Of a DNA stretch of 64,000 bases, positions 19,256-31,480 are shown one piece after another. The stretch lies in the NCBI GenBank assembly GCA_918797485.1, contig CAKKNE010000005.1:4340001-4404000 (forward strand), written 5' to 3'. The notes under the pieces were generated by a model. It saw only the letters and a program-made list of their open reading frames with translations, had not been told where the DNA came from and searched no databases. The stretch comes from Pelagomonas calceolata. Lineage: Eukaryota. The position numbers were made by a program, and so were the translations under genes. Position 1 is the first letter of the stretch. Each line of letters starts with the position of its first letter.

Positions 19256-20398
19256 CTAGCGGCTAGCCCCGCTGCACTTTTCCGAATGTTTGTCCCTGGT
19301 CCAGTCTGCCCGTTGGCAGTGAACACCGCAGTACCTCCGGTCCCCACAGCCATCACACACCGCGCATCGGGGCTCGTCCACGTCAGCCTGTCTACCGCAT
19401 ACGTCACACGCGCGACGCTCGAGCTTCCCGAGCCGCTTTAGAGCAGCTTCATTTCCGCGCTTGCTATGATATAGGCGCCAGTAGGCCCACCTTGTTTCGC
19501 GAGCAGCGTTGGTCTCGTATCGCGACCGTCTCGCAAAAGGGGGCATCGGGGGAAAAATAAATCTCTCAACCACAACCGGATCGTCCACTTTAAGAATTTG
19601 AGCCCATACGCGCTCACAGAAGATGTCAAAGATTGCTTTAGTAAAAAAATAGGCTGAGACCATAATGAAACCAATGACGCGCGGGATGCCCATGTTGCGC
19701 AACAGCGCGACAGAACCCAATAATCGACCTCCTGCGACGGGACTTAGAAGATATACAGCAAACAGGAAAGCCAATGGAGCCACGTAGCCGCTCGAGAACG
19801 GCGCCCAGACACCGCCAAAGAAGCCGTAGTAGATAAGATAAATTTGGCCCGCGGCTGCAAGGAGGCGAAGGGATTTAGGCGCATCGCAACTATGAACAGT
19901 AAAGGAGGATGAAATCAACACCGCTCCCCGCAGAGCTGAGGCGACTAAGGGCAACGAATAGCTGTAGGCCACCGCCAAAAAAACCAACGACGCGACGGGG
20001 AAGACGAACAAACTTCCCGCAAGTGTCAGGCCGACCGTCCAGAGCCAATCAAGGGCGAAGCCGACGACGACGCCCGCCATCACGGACCAACTTTGTAGCG
20101 CGAGCAGCCCCTCCGTGTTTATTGTGTGCATGACGTCGAAGTGCTCCATCGTCATGTCGCCAAGATATCCAGATCCCAGGGAAAACAGGAGGAAACCAGT
20201 GTGCCAGCCGAAGAAAAAATTAAACAGCGGACCGAACTCGACACGGTGCAGGGTGTGGCGATCGGGCAGGTCCGGCTTATGAGGCGGCGCTGCAGGCGGC
20301 TCTGTGGCCTCGAGGACGCGATCATTCGTCGCCGGGCGACTCGTAGCCGACTCGTGGTGACTTTTGCGTGTCGCTCTTCGGCGCTGGGCCTTTCCCAT
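19256..20398 (-). CDS. Multi-pass membrane protein with a C-terminal MYND zinc finger
   Basis: Several hydrophobic helices; CDVC...CDGC..RRYCGVHCQRADW...HSEKC. Confidence 0.8.
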   Translation of the reverse strand: MGKAQRRRATRKSHHESATSRPATNDRVLEATEPPAAPPHKPDLPDRHTLHRVEFGPLFNFFFGWHTGFLLFSLGSGYLGDMTMEHFDVMHTINTEGLLALQSWSVMAGVVVGFALDWLWTVGLTLAGSLFVFPVASLVFLAVAYSYSLPLVASALRGAVLISSSFTVHSCDAPKSLRLLAAAGQIYLIYYGFFGGVWAPFSSGYVAPLAFLFAVYLLSPVAGGRLLGSVALLRNMGIPRVIGFIMVSAYFFTKAIFDIFCERVWAQILKVDDPVVVERFIFPPMPPFARRSRYETNAARETRWAYWRLYHSKRGNEAALKRLGKLERRACDVCGRQADVDEPRCAVCDGCGDRRYCGVHCQRADWTRDKHSEKCSGASR

Positions 20399-20648
20399 GA
20401 CTTTTTAGCAGCTGGACCAAAACCTGTTTTTTGACCACCCTGATAGGTATGTATATACATATGTATACATACATGAGTACAAATAATGAATGAATAATTA
20501 ATTAATAACCGAGGAATGAATATCATAATAGAAGAATATATAAAAATATGTACAAATACTATCCCGTACTGCAAAGCGCCGTACCGTCGGGGACGGGAGC
20601 ACGAGGTATGTGTGGTAGGAACCGCCACGATATGTTATATAATTCTTG

Positions 20649-23600
20649 TTACACATCAGTTTCCTCGTCATCTCGCCGCAGCGCCCCTTCCACGATCCGC
20701 GCGAACGCCTCGAAGCCGATCTCGCCGTCATTGATAGAACCGATCTTCGCCTCGAGCGCCTCGGCGAGCTTCGGCCAGTCGCCCGCGTCGGCCTCGGACA
20801 GCCCGGCGCCGCCGCGCTTGACCGCGCTTCGCACGTCGGCCATGGAGATGGCGCCGCGGCCCTCGACGTCGAACAACGCGAAGACGGCCCGCAGTTCGTT
20901 TCGCCGCGCGTCGCCCTTTCTGGCGAACGGCCCGATGCCGCGCCGCGCCAAGCACACGTCGAGGCACTCCGCGAGCTCCGACGGTTTTATCAACGGGAAG
21001 TAGCCTTTGAGAAATCCCTTCAGGGAGAGCGCAGTCTTATGGTCCTCAGCAACAATAACCGCGCGCTGGCGCAGGTAGTCGATGCCTTGAATTGTTTCGT
21101 GCTTCTCGACCTTGTCGAGAGGCGCCATTGAACCAAATTTCGCCTCGGGGGGCAAGGCGGCTTCATACGCCTTGACGAAGGCGTCAATATTTGAAAAAGG
21201 ATAGGGCCCATAAAAACCTCTAGCGGTCGTACGCTTTTTACGCGAAGGGCCCTTCTGGTCGAGCTTGGGTTTTGATGACACTTTCTTGGCCCGCTGCGGC
21301 CGCAACTTGTTGCGCAGGGGCTCGTGGACGCGCGCCACGAAACTTTTTTCAGACGGCTCGTCCACCATCTTAGCGTAGCCGTCGACGCGCCTCTGCCACC
21401 TCTCTAGAGTAGCAGAGACGGTCCGCGCGTGCGCCGCGTTCTCCGTCAGGGGCGGCAACCGATTGACATTTCCGAACGTACAGTCGCCCCACGTCCGGAC
21501 GCTCTCGTCGCACGTCTCGGACGTGTACTCCGAGGACGCAGGCTCCGAGACAGGAGGCTCATCACGCACAACGGGAGGCTGAGGCATGCGCACGGTCCGC
21601 TGCAGCTCCTTAAAAGCGACAACAGACTGCTCACCGGTCGCCCCAAATCTATTAGCCCTTCCGAACTGCTCCTTGAAAAACGATGAAGGCTCCACGAGAT
21701 GCTTCACCTGTTCAGCTTCGGCGGTGAGCATGGCCGCCGTTTTTACTTTGACCGTCTTCTTCAGAGCTTCTTTCGCGCCCCTTTCATTCAATACAGTATG
21801 GTGCGCCGGGTACATGGCCCTCTCGCGGTTGAGACTCCCGACGTTCCAATTATCAGGATCCGCGGGGTCCGGCCGCATCTCGTTCTTCTTGAGTTCCTTG
21901 CGTAGGGCTTCCTCCTTGCGGCGCTCCTCTTCCGTCGGGATTGCTGAATCGTCCAGACTGATATCTACACTTTCGTCGGGTTTCTTCTTCTTCCGCCGCC
22001 GCTTACCCTTCTTGGCCTTGGCCTTCTCCCTGTGCGCCTCGCTGGCCTGGGCCTTCAAGCGGTCGAACTCGGACTCGACCCAGGTCTGTTCGCCTTCCAA
22101 TTGGTGGATTAATCGAGTCCGTTCCTGCTCCTTGGCGGCGTCTGACTCATAAGATGCGATGGACGCCTCGTCCACACGCTCCCTTGCGGCCTGACGAGCT
22201 TCTTCCAACTCCTGGGCTTCTCGCTGTTGCATACGTTCTCTCCGTTTCGTCTCTACTACTTCCTGTAAGATGGTTCTAGCTCTCTGTAAAGTAGCCTCCT
22301 TCCGTCTACGCACATCTTTCCCACTCAGGAACCTCCACGCAGCACTTTTAGAGGCTTTGAGCTTTTGAGCGACGCTTAACCGCCCGGGCGCCGCGAGATT
22401 TCTTAACGCTCTATGGTCCGCATCTCTCCCATATGTTAACGTACCAACGGGTTCACCATCTAACCCCCAAGCTTTTATCGAGCCATCTGTCGAGCAAGAT
22501 ATAAGCCTAGGAGGATCCGCCGTTACTACGACGCAAGTCACGGCACGATCATGCGCGTTCCACCGGTTACAGGTATAGGACGCCAAGCCACTTCTAATAG
22601 GATAGTCTCGCGACGGCTTTAATTGAATATCATTCACCTCGGAGAGAGCATGATCGCGACTCAACTTCCGGCGCGGATTATATCCCATGCGCTTCCATTT
22701 CGGAGAGGCAATGGCCTCTATATTTAATCTTTTGAGCGCATCTTGGACGTCAAAACTCTGAATCGCGCCCCGACTATCGCCCGTGAACACTAAAACGCGT
22801 CCGCTCATGACACCAGGCGCTATTTCCTTGCCACCGTGCAGATCCACAAACGATTGGGAACATGTTGCTGCAGCTCCTCTACGTAACTCGCCATCAATTC
22901 TAGCTGCTTTGCCGTTCTCGAACCGCAACGCGCTCCGTCTTGTTTTGGTGGATATGAGTCGCACACCACTGTCATCGTCCGTATGCACTAAGCAAGGATA
23001 CGGTTTAATAAATGACAGAGAGGACGCCTCGGGCAGTGCCGAACCGTCCCCATCGAAGCACTCGCCGACCAGTAAAAGTGTTTCAAAGTCCCATAATTTT
23101 GTTCTTCCATTCCTATCACTGGTACAGATCAGCCCCTCGTCCCGCGACAGACACACTTGTTGGATGTCGCCGTCGTGGGCATTTGTGGTGTATCTAACTA
23201 GACTATCTTGAGGATCGTCCTCCAGTTCGTCGTAGACGTGGAGCGCGCGGTCCCATCCTGCTGTGACCACTATTCTATCTAACGGGCAGTACGCGACCGC
23301 AGAGCATTCCGCACCATGTTTACCTAAATACATCAATTCACAACCATCTTTGGCTCGTCGTATCTTGACCGTGCCGCTTCGGTCCGTGACGATGCATCTT
23401 CGGCCTCGAGCATCGAAGGACAGGCCACTCACGAGGGAGTCCTCCAGTGTTTCCTCATGTACTAATAACCCCGTCCGCGCGTCCCAGAGCTTTAACGAGG
23501 AATCATGAGCCGTCAAAATGGAGTGCGTTTGCGAGGAATAGTCGATATGTGTGGCTGGCGCCTCCGCATCTCTATGATCGGCAGCATCCAACCAACGTAC

Positions 23601-25539
23601 AATCCCCCGTTTCCCGCCACAAGCCAAGGAAATAGCATTCGACGAGTAGGCCATGGCCTGGCCCGCCGTCGCGGCGTCGGCCAACGCTCGCTTCGTGTGG
23701 TTGTTGTCGTCCCCCTTATGCCTTTGTTTAATGAGCTTCTGGGCCTCCGACACTTCTTCGACTTCCTCCTCGTCGCCTCGCAACAGTTGCTCGGCGCGCT
23801 CGGACGCGAAGCTTCTAAACAGGTCTTCCGCGGCGTCGACGTCCACCCCACATCCCACGGGCTCAACCAGCAGACACGTCTCCGTCTCCAATTGAACACT
23901 ATGAGTGAGGCGTTCCGTCGGCGAGGCGACACTATCTCGCGACGTGTCCCACCAGCTCATCACGCCGTCGTCGTCTAGACTCACACAGAACGCCGCCCCT
24001 CCCGGTGCGCACCTCACACATCTTACCGAGGCGTTGTGGCCGCCCTCCAGCGTGAACATGGGGAACGCCTGTTCCCCCGTGACGCCCCAGCCCCGCACCG
24101 TATACTCGAAGCCGCAACTCACTAATAAAGATTGGTGTCTGTCATAGGACAACGACCGCACTCCAGAAATATGTCCCGTAAGGCACCAGACCTCCTTGCA
24201 TTCGGGTAAGTGCCAGAGTCGTATGGTCTTGTCCAGGGAGCACGTCGCTAATAGTCCAACTTCGCGGCTCATCTCCTTCCTTGAGGAAGGTATATATATT
24301 TCCCGCGGCTGGTCCAATACCAAAGCATCCATCACGGCGTCCGTATGTCCGACCAATGACGGTAGTCTGGCGATGGAGGGCATTTTTACATCTCGATTAA
24401 ACCCGTCGAAGGGTTCCATGCATAGAACATCGATATCCTTGCGCGGCCCGACCAAAAAGCACAGCCGCGACCCTTCGTGGGGGCCCTCCAGGATGCTACC
24501 GGCCCACCAGGCCAATCTAAATGAAGGGTCCCGCAGTCGCACGGCGCCCCGGCATTTTATCGTTTCATCGTTGGGCGACGCTCGCGCCGAGCAGTGGTAG
24601 AATCTTAATGTAAGGTCGGAGCAGAGGACGATCACCAGCTCGTCGCCCTGCGTCGCGGGGGTTGTTCTCTCCGGGCGGCGGGCGTGATGCTCTCGGGAGG
24701 CCTTCTACCCCACCAGTGATCGCGCAGAAGGCAACAAAGACGCCGCGACGCACCGGCGCGAAGGCCACGTCCAGACAGCTCACGCCGGCGTCTTTTAGAT
24801 ACGTGTGCAGCTCCGCGTCCTCCCCGTCGTCGTCAGACACATCATCATCAAGGTTCTCCGCATCTACAACTTCCAGGGCATCCGTATAGACGGGTTTGGG
24901 AGGCAATCGGAGCGCTTGCTGTCGAGGAAAGGGCGGGAACAGGCCGAACGTGCCCGCCGCGCAGACGCAAAGCAGCCGCATCTCGGGCAGCCATCGCAAG
25001 AATTTTAGTGGCCCGTCGCCGCCCTCGCCGGGCTTGTAATCGCCAAATACTTGTTCTTTGTCCGGTCTTATGTCCCTCGGTTCGTAGCGGTCGTGCGCCT
25101 CCCGCTTTTGGCCACCCATCCCGTGCTCGATGACGCAGCGCGTGAACTCGTCCCACTCCAAGCGTTCGTCGCCGTTCACGTCAATACTATCAAAAAGTTC
25201 GCACAGATCGTCGATCGCTTCCAAATTTGGTCTACCAGAACTATCAACTAAGGGCTTGATTTGACCATGTTCGTCCCGCAATTCGGGATCGTCATCAATA
25301 TCATCGTTGTCACTATCAAAATGGGGCCTATCTCCTAGACTCAGGCCCGACATGCGCCGTTTGTTCGCCTCCTGCGTCCAGTCGTTCACTTGGGCTTGTC
25401 TGCCTCTCCTTAACATCACGCGGACGAATTGTGTAAGTGTTAGACCAGCTGTGCCTTCCTTTAAAAAGTCGTCGCGCATCGTCATTAATTCGGAGGCGGG
25501 CAGGCGCATCATCGTGTTCGTGGCTACGTCGGAGGGCAT
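20649..25539 (-). CDS. EF-hand + WD40 repeat protein (WDR49/WDR64-like), one intron 24648-24753
   Basis: Exon 1 has LFDSIDVNGDERLEWDEF. Donor GTGCGT at 24753 and CAG acceptor at 24648 join DVAFAP|GDELVIV in frame. Many GH...WD repeats; C-terminal EF-hands. Confidence 0.8.
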
Positions 25540-26059
25540 GGTTGGTTGCGGGGCCTAGGCGGCTAGGGCTGGCGTTTTGGCTGCTGCCCGCGGGCCCGGC
25601 GGTGGTGCCGGTCGATGGTTATGCGCTGTTCGGGCTGCCCCCAGCCCGGAGGGCCGCGTGGGGTGCCGAGGCAGCTCCGGCGCTATCGAGCTCGGGCTAT
25701 CGTGCGGGGTTGGCCTCGCGGAGCTCTCCCTTGTTGTGATGCGTCCTTCTATCTCTGCTGTGTGGGCGGACGAGTGCTCCTATGTATTTTGAGCTCCTTT
25801 CGAGTCCGGCATCGTCATCACTCGACGTTTTGCTCGGTGCGCTGCGAATTGCCGCGATCAGTCCGAAACGCCAGAATTTGTTGCGCACAACAGTGCAAAT
25901 TACTTCTATACCTTGCTCGTGCAACCAGAGCACGAAACGCAGCTTGTGAGAGCGCTGTCATCACCTCCTTGCCTTTTGCAGGAGTTGCAGTGCCGCGAAA
26001 CGGTCGCGAGAGACACGAAGCGTTGCGTACGCAGCGCCACGGACCCACGGGACGCCGCC

Positions 26060-26368
26060 ATGCAGCTCAAACTCGCGCTCCTGTGCCTCGTCACCGGTGC
26101 CGATGCGTTCGCAGCCGGCAGCACCGTCCGACGGACCACACGCCTCGCCGCGGCTGCCGACGAGTTCCCGCGGGAGACGGCGCGAGCGGCCTACTCGCGC
26201 TTCGACGACGTCTGCGCCGACGAAGAGTGCGACGCCCGCGAGCTAGCCGAGGACAATGGCTGGGACGAGCTCCGGCGGCTCGCGCGGCGCGAGGAGGCCC
26301 AGGACCGCGCGGCCGCCGAGAAGGCCGCCATCGCGGCGTTCCGGTTGCGCCTCGAGGAGCGCTGGTAG
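26060..26368 (+). CDS. Small protein with a bipartite plastid-type presequence
   Basis: MQLKLALLCLVTGADA-FAA (ASAFAP-like) followed by an Arg/Thr/Ala-rich transit-like stretch and an acidic domain. Confidence 0.6.
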   Translation: MQLKLALLCLVTGADAFAAGSTVRRTTRLAAAADEFPRETARAAYSRFDDVCADEECDARELAEDNGWDELRRLARREEAQDRAAAEKAAIAAFRLRLEERW

Positions 26369-26530
26369 AGCGCGCGCCGTGGGTCCGCGGCTCCGCGGCG
26401 CGGACCGTCCCATGTACTTTCCCCAAGTTTAAAATTGTCAAGTCTTACACACCGTGACGTGGAAATGATTTACGCAAACGAAACTGCAGAACTGGTCGCT
26501 CTCAATTGTATTCAAAAAGGGGGGCAGGAA

Positions 26531-27799
26531 CTAGTTCGCGGAGCCCTGCTGCTTCACCTGGTCGAACATGCCCATGGCCGTCGCGACGACGCCGGAGATG
26601 TCGTTCGGTCGGTCCGGAACGATCACAAGGTTGCTTTGTTTCGCCATCTCGGCCAGCTCCGAGACGTACTTGTCGGCGAGCCGTTGGACCATCGCGTCCT
26701 TGCCGCCCTCTTCACTCACGGCCTCGGCGATCGCGCGGAGACCGTCGGCCGTGGCTTCCGCCGCCATCCGCGTCGAAGCGGCTTGGGCCTCCGCAATCGC
26801 CTTGATCTGGTCGGCCTCCGCCGTTGCCTTCAGGCGCATGCTCTCGGCCTGCCCCTGGGCGGCGTTGATGGCGCCCTGGCGCTCGCCTTCGGACTGGTTG
26901 ATCAATTTCTGGCGGTAGCCCTCGGATTCGAGCACCTCGGCGCGGCGCAGCCGCTCCGCGTTCGACTGCTTCTCCATGGCCTCGCGCGTGCCGCGGTCGA
27001 CGTGGATGTCGGCGATCTCGTAGCGGAACACGCGGATGCCCCAGGGCTGCGACGCCTCGTCGAGCGCTTGCGCGATGCCTGTGTGAACGAAACACGTCGC
27101 CTCGATGGCGTGCAGAGGGACGCCATCGACGCGGTCGCGCGCCAATATTAAGCTTTTCGCGCTCGAGGAAGAGTTGATCAAGCTCTAAATTTCCAACTTC
27201 TTTGCGCATCGCCGACTGCGCGAGCGTCGTGATGGCCCCTTCCGGGTCCTCGATCCCGTAACTCGCCTTGTACGCGTCGACGACGCGCGTGTAGACGGCG
27301 CCGTCGAGGTGGACGTGGACGTTGTCTTTGGTAATGGCCGTTTGGGGATGAATGTCGATGGTCGTCTCTTTCAGGGAACGCTTGTACGCGATCTCGTCGA
27401 TGATCGGAATGGCGAAGCTCAGGCCCGGCAATGCCGTGTGACTAAATTTACCGAAGCGCTCGATCTGCCTGCGCGAGTTCCCGGTTGCGAGGCGGCGGCG
27501 GCGGCGATGTGAAGGCACCATAAACTGGGATTCGGCACCGATCCGGACCACTCCTCCGCTTGCGGCACCATCAACAGGACGGTGTTCCAGTGGCGCCCGT
27601 CTCTGCCGACGGAGATGTCGCGACGCGCGGCGAGCAGCGCGGGATTCGGTGGTGCGCGTTCAGTGCGCGCCCGGCGCGACGCCGAGAGGAGGCCGCGCGA
27701 GGCCATGGTGCTCAGGGCAGCGCCGGCTGCCCGCGGCGCGTGTCTTGCCAGCGCGCCAGGCGCTTGGCGTGCGAGGGTCTGCATCGCGTTCATCATCAT
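26531..27799 (-). CDS. STOML2: Stomatin-like protein 2 (SPFH/band 7), mitochondrial; introns 27469-27548 (GT-AG) and 27079-27142 (GC-AG)
   Basis: Spliced reading VPQAEEW|QIERFGKF...QTAITKDNV...LAQSAMRKEVG...EREKLNI|GIAQALDEASQPWGIRVFRYEI...AERLRRA; Arg/Ala-rich presequence. Confidence 0.85.
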
Positions 27800-28313
27800 G
27801 GTCGTGTCGTGTGCTGTGAGTGCCGCTGTGAGTGTGTTTGGGCTGCCTCTATGCAGCTTTTGGTGCTGTTTTAATCTGCTTTGATCTGGCTGCTTTGGAA
27901 CTGCTCGAAGATTGCTCGGGAACAATCGTGAGGAGAGAGCGCCGCTTGTATAGCTATGCAGCTCCGTAGAGAAGCGTCTTCGGTTGTAGTACGACATAGC
28001 AACAAGGCTCGGACGGATCACCTAGCGTCCTGTAAGACACTAGCAACCTGCAAAAACTCGAGTCGCATGCTAAATGGGCCGCTGAAGCACGCATGGGTCG
28101 CCAAAGCCTCCATTTCGAGGCGCCACCAGCTCCAGCACCAGTAGACAACAGCCGGACGCGCGACCTGCGCGTGGCGGGCTTCCAGCAGCAACCGACCAGC
28201 ACCACCGCGGCGGTCCCGGTCGCGACGATCGCCGTCCCGGAAAACCAAGCAAGCGAGGCCAACGACATCTTCCGGCGGATGAGGAGCTCCGATAAGCGGC
28301 GCCGCGAGCGGTC

Positions 28314-30287
28314 ATGAAGAACAAGCGCGTCGCGGTGCTAGCCGCGCTCGCCTTGCTGGTGGCGCTGCGCAGCTTCCACGTGGAGCTACCGCACCACCAC
28401 TCCGCCGCGCCGCCGCCCGCACAGCTTGCACCGCCCGCGCGACTGGCACCGCCCGTAGGACGACGGAGAGAGGCCACGCCCATCCTCGCGTCATCGAAAC
28501 ATAAACTTCCCTTCGCGATCTACTCGATCAGCTGCGCCGAGGCCCAAGATTGTGCCACAACGACCATTGTGGGCCAGCTGGAGGGGGCCTGCGACGCGCG
28601 AGAGCGGACCCTGGAGCGAGCCTCGCTCAATGAGTGGGCGCAGTGGCGCCGGGATTTTGAAAAAAAACATCGGAGATCGGGCTGCAAGGTCTGCGTGGCC
28701 TCGGAGTGGAAGACGAAGGTGCGAAGGGCCGTCGCGCAAGCTTTGAATGAGGAATACGCGTCGCGCTCTCCCAGTGGAGGTTATCTGGCGAAGGACCGCG
28801 CGTCCCTAGACCTGTATTGTGCTTACTCTTCTTCTGGAGGTGAGGAGACCGTGGTCAAGTCGTCCACAAGAGACCTCGCGACGTTCCTGCGGCGACGGTC
28901 GACGATCGTCTTCGAGTGCCCGGTACCACCTTCATTAAGACGCGCGGCGTTAAACGATGGGCTCCACGTAAGGATCGCCCCGCACAAAAACTTGGAGGGC
29001 GCGCACCCTTCCTTACCTCTCTTAGTACAACGAGCAGTAAAATGGCCCGACAACGGCCCGAAAATCGGCGCGTGCGCGTGGGTCAAGGGCGGCGCCTATC
29101 ATGATAGGGACGGCAATATATTAGGCCTACCGGCGGCGCGGGTGGCCGAGTGGCTCGCCCATTTGCGAGTGCTCGGCGTCGGACACGTGCTCATAACGGA
29201 CAACTCTGATGGTGTATTTGCGAAGGCTCTTAGTGGTCAAAGCGCCAGAGAGACCTCCCCGTTGAAGGTCGCCTACGACGGCTTCTCGTCTATAACCGTC
29301 GTGCCCTGGCCCTCGCTCGAGGACGATCGCGATCAATGCGACCCGGGACGAGTGGAAGCGAGTATTATCAAAGAGTCGAACGCCACGTGCACGACGCAGT
29401 CACTTTTTGGGCGACCGGCCCAGTACGCGGCGCAGAACACGTGCCATCGGCGGTTGGTCGCGGCAGGAGCGCAGTGGGTGACCCACAACGACGTCGACGA
29501 ATTTTTAGTACCGCCGCCGTCCCTCAATGCCGAGCAGTATTTGATGGAATTGCTCACGCCGTTCGGAGAACGTCGCCTGCCGCCGCGAGCGTTGGCGCTG
29601 CCTTGTGTTTTTTTTGCGCCGTGTCGCATGGACAATCATGGAATGCCAGTGGGTCAATCCGACAAGATGTTGCTGAGTGAGGGTACTTGCGCGGGCAAGG
29701 CGCAACTCCATAGACAAAAACTCATCGCCCATGCGTCCGTGACGCACCTGTGGGTCCACTACGCGTTTGCGGCTAAACAAGGGGTAGGTGATGTAGTATA
29801 CTTACTCCCAGAAAAGCAGCTCATGCTGGCGCATTTGAGACTCGGGTATTCCTTCGACAGCGCTTTGGCTTCAAGAGCTGTCGATAACTTCGGGGAGATC
29901 ACTCAGACTGAAGAAAAGCGCTTCGTGGAGCTGTATGACGAGCGGCTGAGTGCTGGTGGAGAGACCTGCGTCGCCGCTAAAAAGAAGACGGAGGAGTTCT
30001 GGAAGGCGCTGACGCCGGCGCAGCGGAAGGCTAGGGCCGCGGAAAGTATTCTAGAGAGAACGAAGCGGAACCGGCGCGAGACGGGCCTCGGGATCTCGGA
30101 CTGCGATTTGTTAGGAGAGGACATGTTCGGGTGGTGCTGGTGCGTCGACGACGCGCCGGCTAGGCTTGCTTTACGGACGCGCGCGGAGCTCGTAGCACGG
30201 TGGGACGTCTCTTCTCTACGTCGGGAGGTCGACGCGGCGTGGCCCGCCGTCGGTGCGGTGCCGAACGCGCCGACGCGGGGGTGGTAG
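28314..30287 (+). CDS. Type II membrane glycosyltransferase, GT92/DUF23-like
   Basis: N-terminal anchor; EWLAHLRVLGVGHVLITDN; AAQNTC; WVTHNDVDEFL (DxD). Confidence 0.7.
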   Translation: MKNKRVAVLAALALLVALRSFHVELPHHHSAAPPPAQLAPPARLAPPVGRRREATPILASSKHKLPFAIYSISCAEAQDCATTTIVGQLEGACDARERTLERASLNEWAQWRRDFEKKHRRSGCKVCVASEWKTKVRRAVAQALNEEYASRSPSGGYLAKDRASLDLYCAYSSSGGEETVVKSSTRDLATFLRRRSTIVFECPVPPSLRRAALNDGLHVRIAPHKNLEGAHPSLPLLVQRAVKWPDNGPKIGACAWVKGGAYHDRDGNILGLPAARVAEWLAHLRVLGVGHVLITDNSDGVFAKALSGQSARETSPLKVAYDGFSSITVVPWPSLEDDRDQCDPGRVEASIIKESNATCTTQSLFGRPAQYAAQNTCHRRLVAAGAQWVTHNDVDEFLVPPPSLNAEQYLMELLTPFGERRLPPRALALPCVFFAPCRMDNHGMPVGQSDKMLLSEGTCAGKAQLHRQKLIAHASVTHLWVHYAFAAKQGVGDVVYLLPEKQLMLAHLRLGYSFDSALASRAVDNFGEITQTEEKRFVELYDERLSAGGETCVAAKKKTEEFWKALTPAQRKARAAESILERTKRNRRETGLGISDCDLLGEDMFGWCWCVDDAPARLALRTRAELVARWDVSSLRREVDAAWPAVGAVPNAPTRGW

Positions 30288-30426
30288 CAGCTGCCTCGCT
30301 GTGTATAAGTGTACTGTTATAGATGTTGGAGAGCAAAAAACCTAGCGTCGACACACTAGCTCGAGCTCTCCTGCCCGCGCCGCCTTATGCACCGCGCACG
30401 GCTCCTGGAGCGTAGCAGGACGGGAG

Positions 30427-31455
30427 ATGGAGCCCTTGTCACTCCACATTGGCGGCGCCAGCAGCACTGGGCTGCCGCTGCCCCCTGCCCTCGGCCCATT
30501 GCTGCCCAAGCTGCCCAGCGCCGGCCTGGCGCTGCCCGACGCGCGCGAGCCCAGGGATGCGAGCGATATCAGGCCGGCGCTGCCCGACGCCCCGAGCAAG
30601 CCCAGGGATCGTCCAAGAGCCGACGACGACGCTGTGGATGCGAGCGACGACGAGATAGGGGTTGACGACCTCCTAGGGTTCGGCGGCGCCGACGCGCACG
30701 CCGCGAAACGATCCTTGGCGTTCAACGCGGGCAAGTACGACGAGGCGGTCCGGAGCATCGCGGCCCTCGGACGCGACCCCGTCAAGAGGGACGGCAAGGT
30801 CACGGCGCGCGCGGCTGATGACGACGCGGCGCGCGCGCGACGAGCCAAAGCGGTCGAGGACGAGTACGAGCGCGCGCGCAACGCCGTCACGCGGGTCACG
30901 CCGCAAAAAGTAAAGGGCAGCATGCTCGGGGACGACGACGACGACGCGTCGACGGCGTCGTCGGAGGTCAGTCTGCACGAGGACGTTGTGAGCGACGACG
31001 GCGAGGCGCCAAAACTCCTGAGCCTCGAGGAGCTCCGAGCGAGAAAGACCGCCGACGTCGAGACGCTGCCCGCCGTGCGGCGCATCGCGGCCATGCGGCG
31101 CAAGGCCGCCCCCGACGACAAATACTCCGTAGATTACTCGCGCTTCGCGGCCATCGACTCGTCGGACGGGGAGGACGAACCGACGCGTGCAGACGCCTAC
31201 CGGAGCATGGACTTTAAGAACCTCCCGAAGGCAGCGGCGCCGTCCACCAGCAAAGAAGGGTTCACGAGCGTCCTCGACATGTGCGACGAGCTCGCGCCCG
31301 AGCCGCCGCCGCCCGACGCCGAGCGGCGCGACGGCCTGTACTTCGAGAAGACGAACCAGTTCGTGCCCTACGCGAACGAGTTCGCCGTGCCGCACGTGCC
31401 CCCGGACGCGTCGGCGAAGCTCGGCGCCCTCATCGATAGGTTTAAGCCCAAGTGA
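30427..31455 (+). CDS. Hypothetical protein
   Basis: 342-aa ORF with GC3-biased codons between AT-richer flanks; no family recognised. Confidence 0.55.
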   Translation: MEPLSLHIGGASSTGLPLPPALGPLLPKLPSAGLALPDAREPRDASDIRPALPDAPSKPRDRPRADDDAVDASDDEIGVDDLLGFGGADAHAAKRSLAFNAGKYDEAVRSIAALGRDPVKRDGKVTARAADDDAARARRAKAVEDEYERARNAVTRVTPQKVKGSMLGDDDDDASTASSEVSLHEDVVSDDGEAPKLLSLEELRARKTADVETLPAVRRIAAMRRKAAPDDKYSVDYSRFAAIDSSDGEDEPTRADAYRSMDFKNLPKAAAPSTSKEGFTSVLDMCDELAPEPPPPDAERRDGLYFEKTNQFVPYANEFAVPHVPPDASAKLGALIDRFKPK

Positions 31456-31480
31456 TGTGTTTTTAAGGGGGGGAAGGTGG

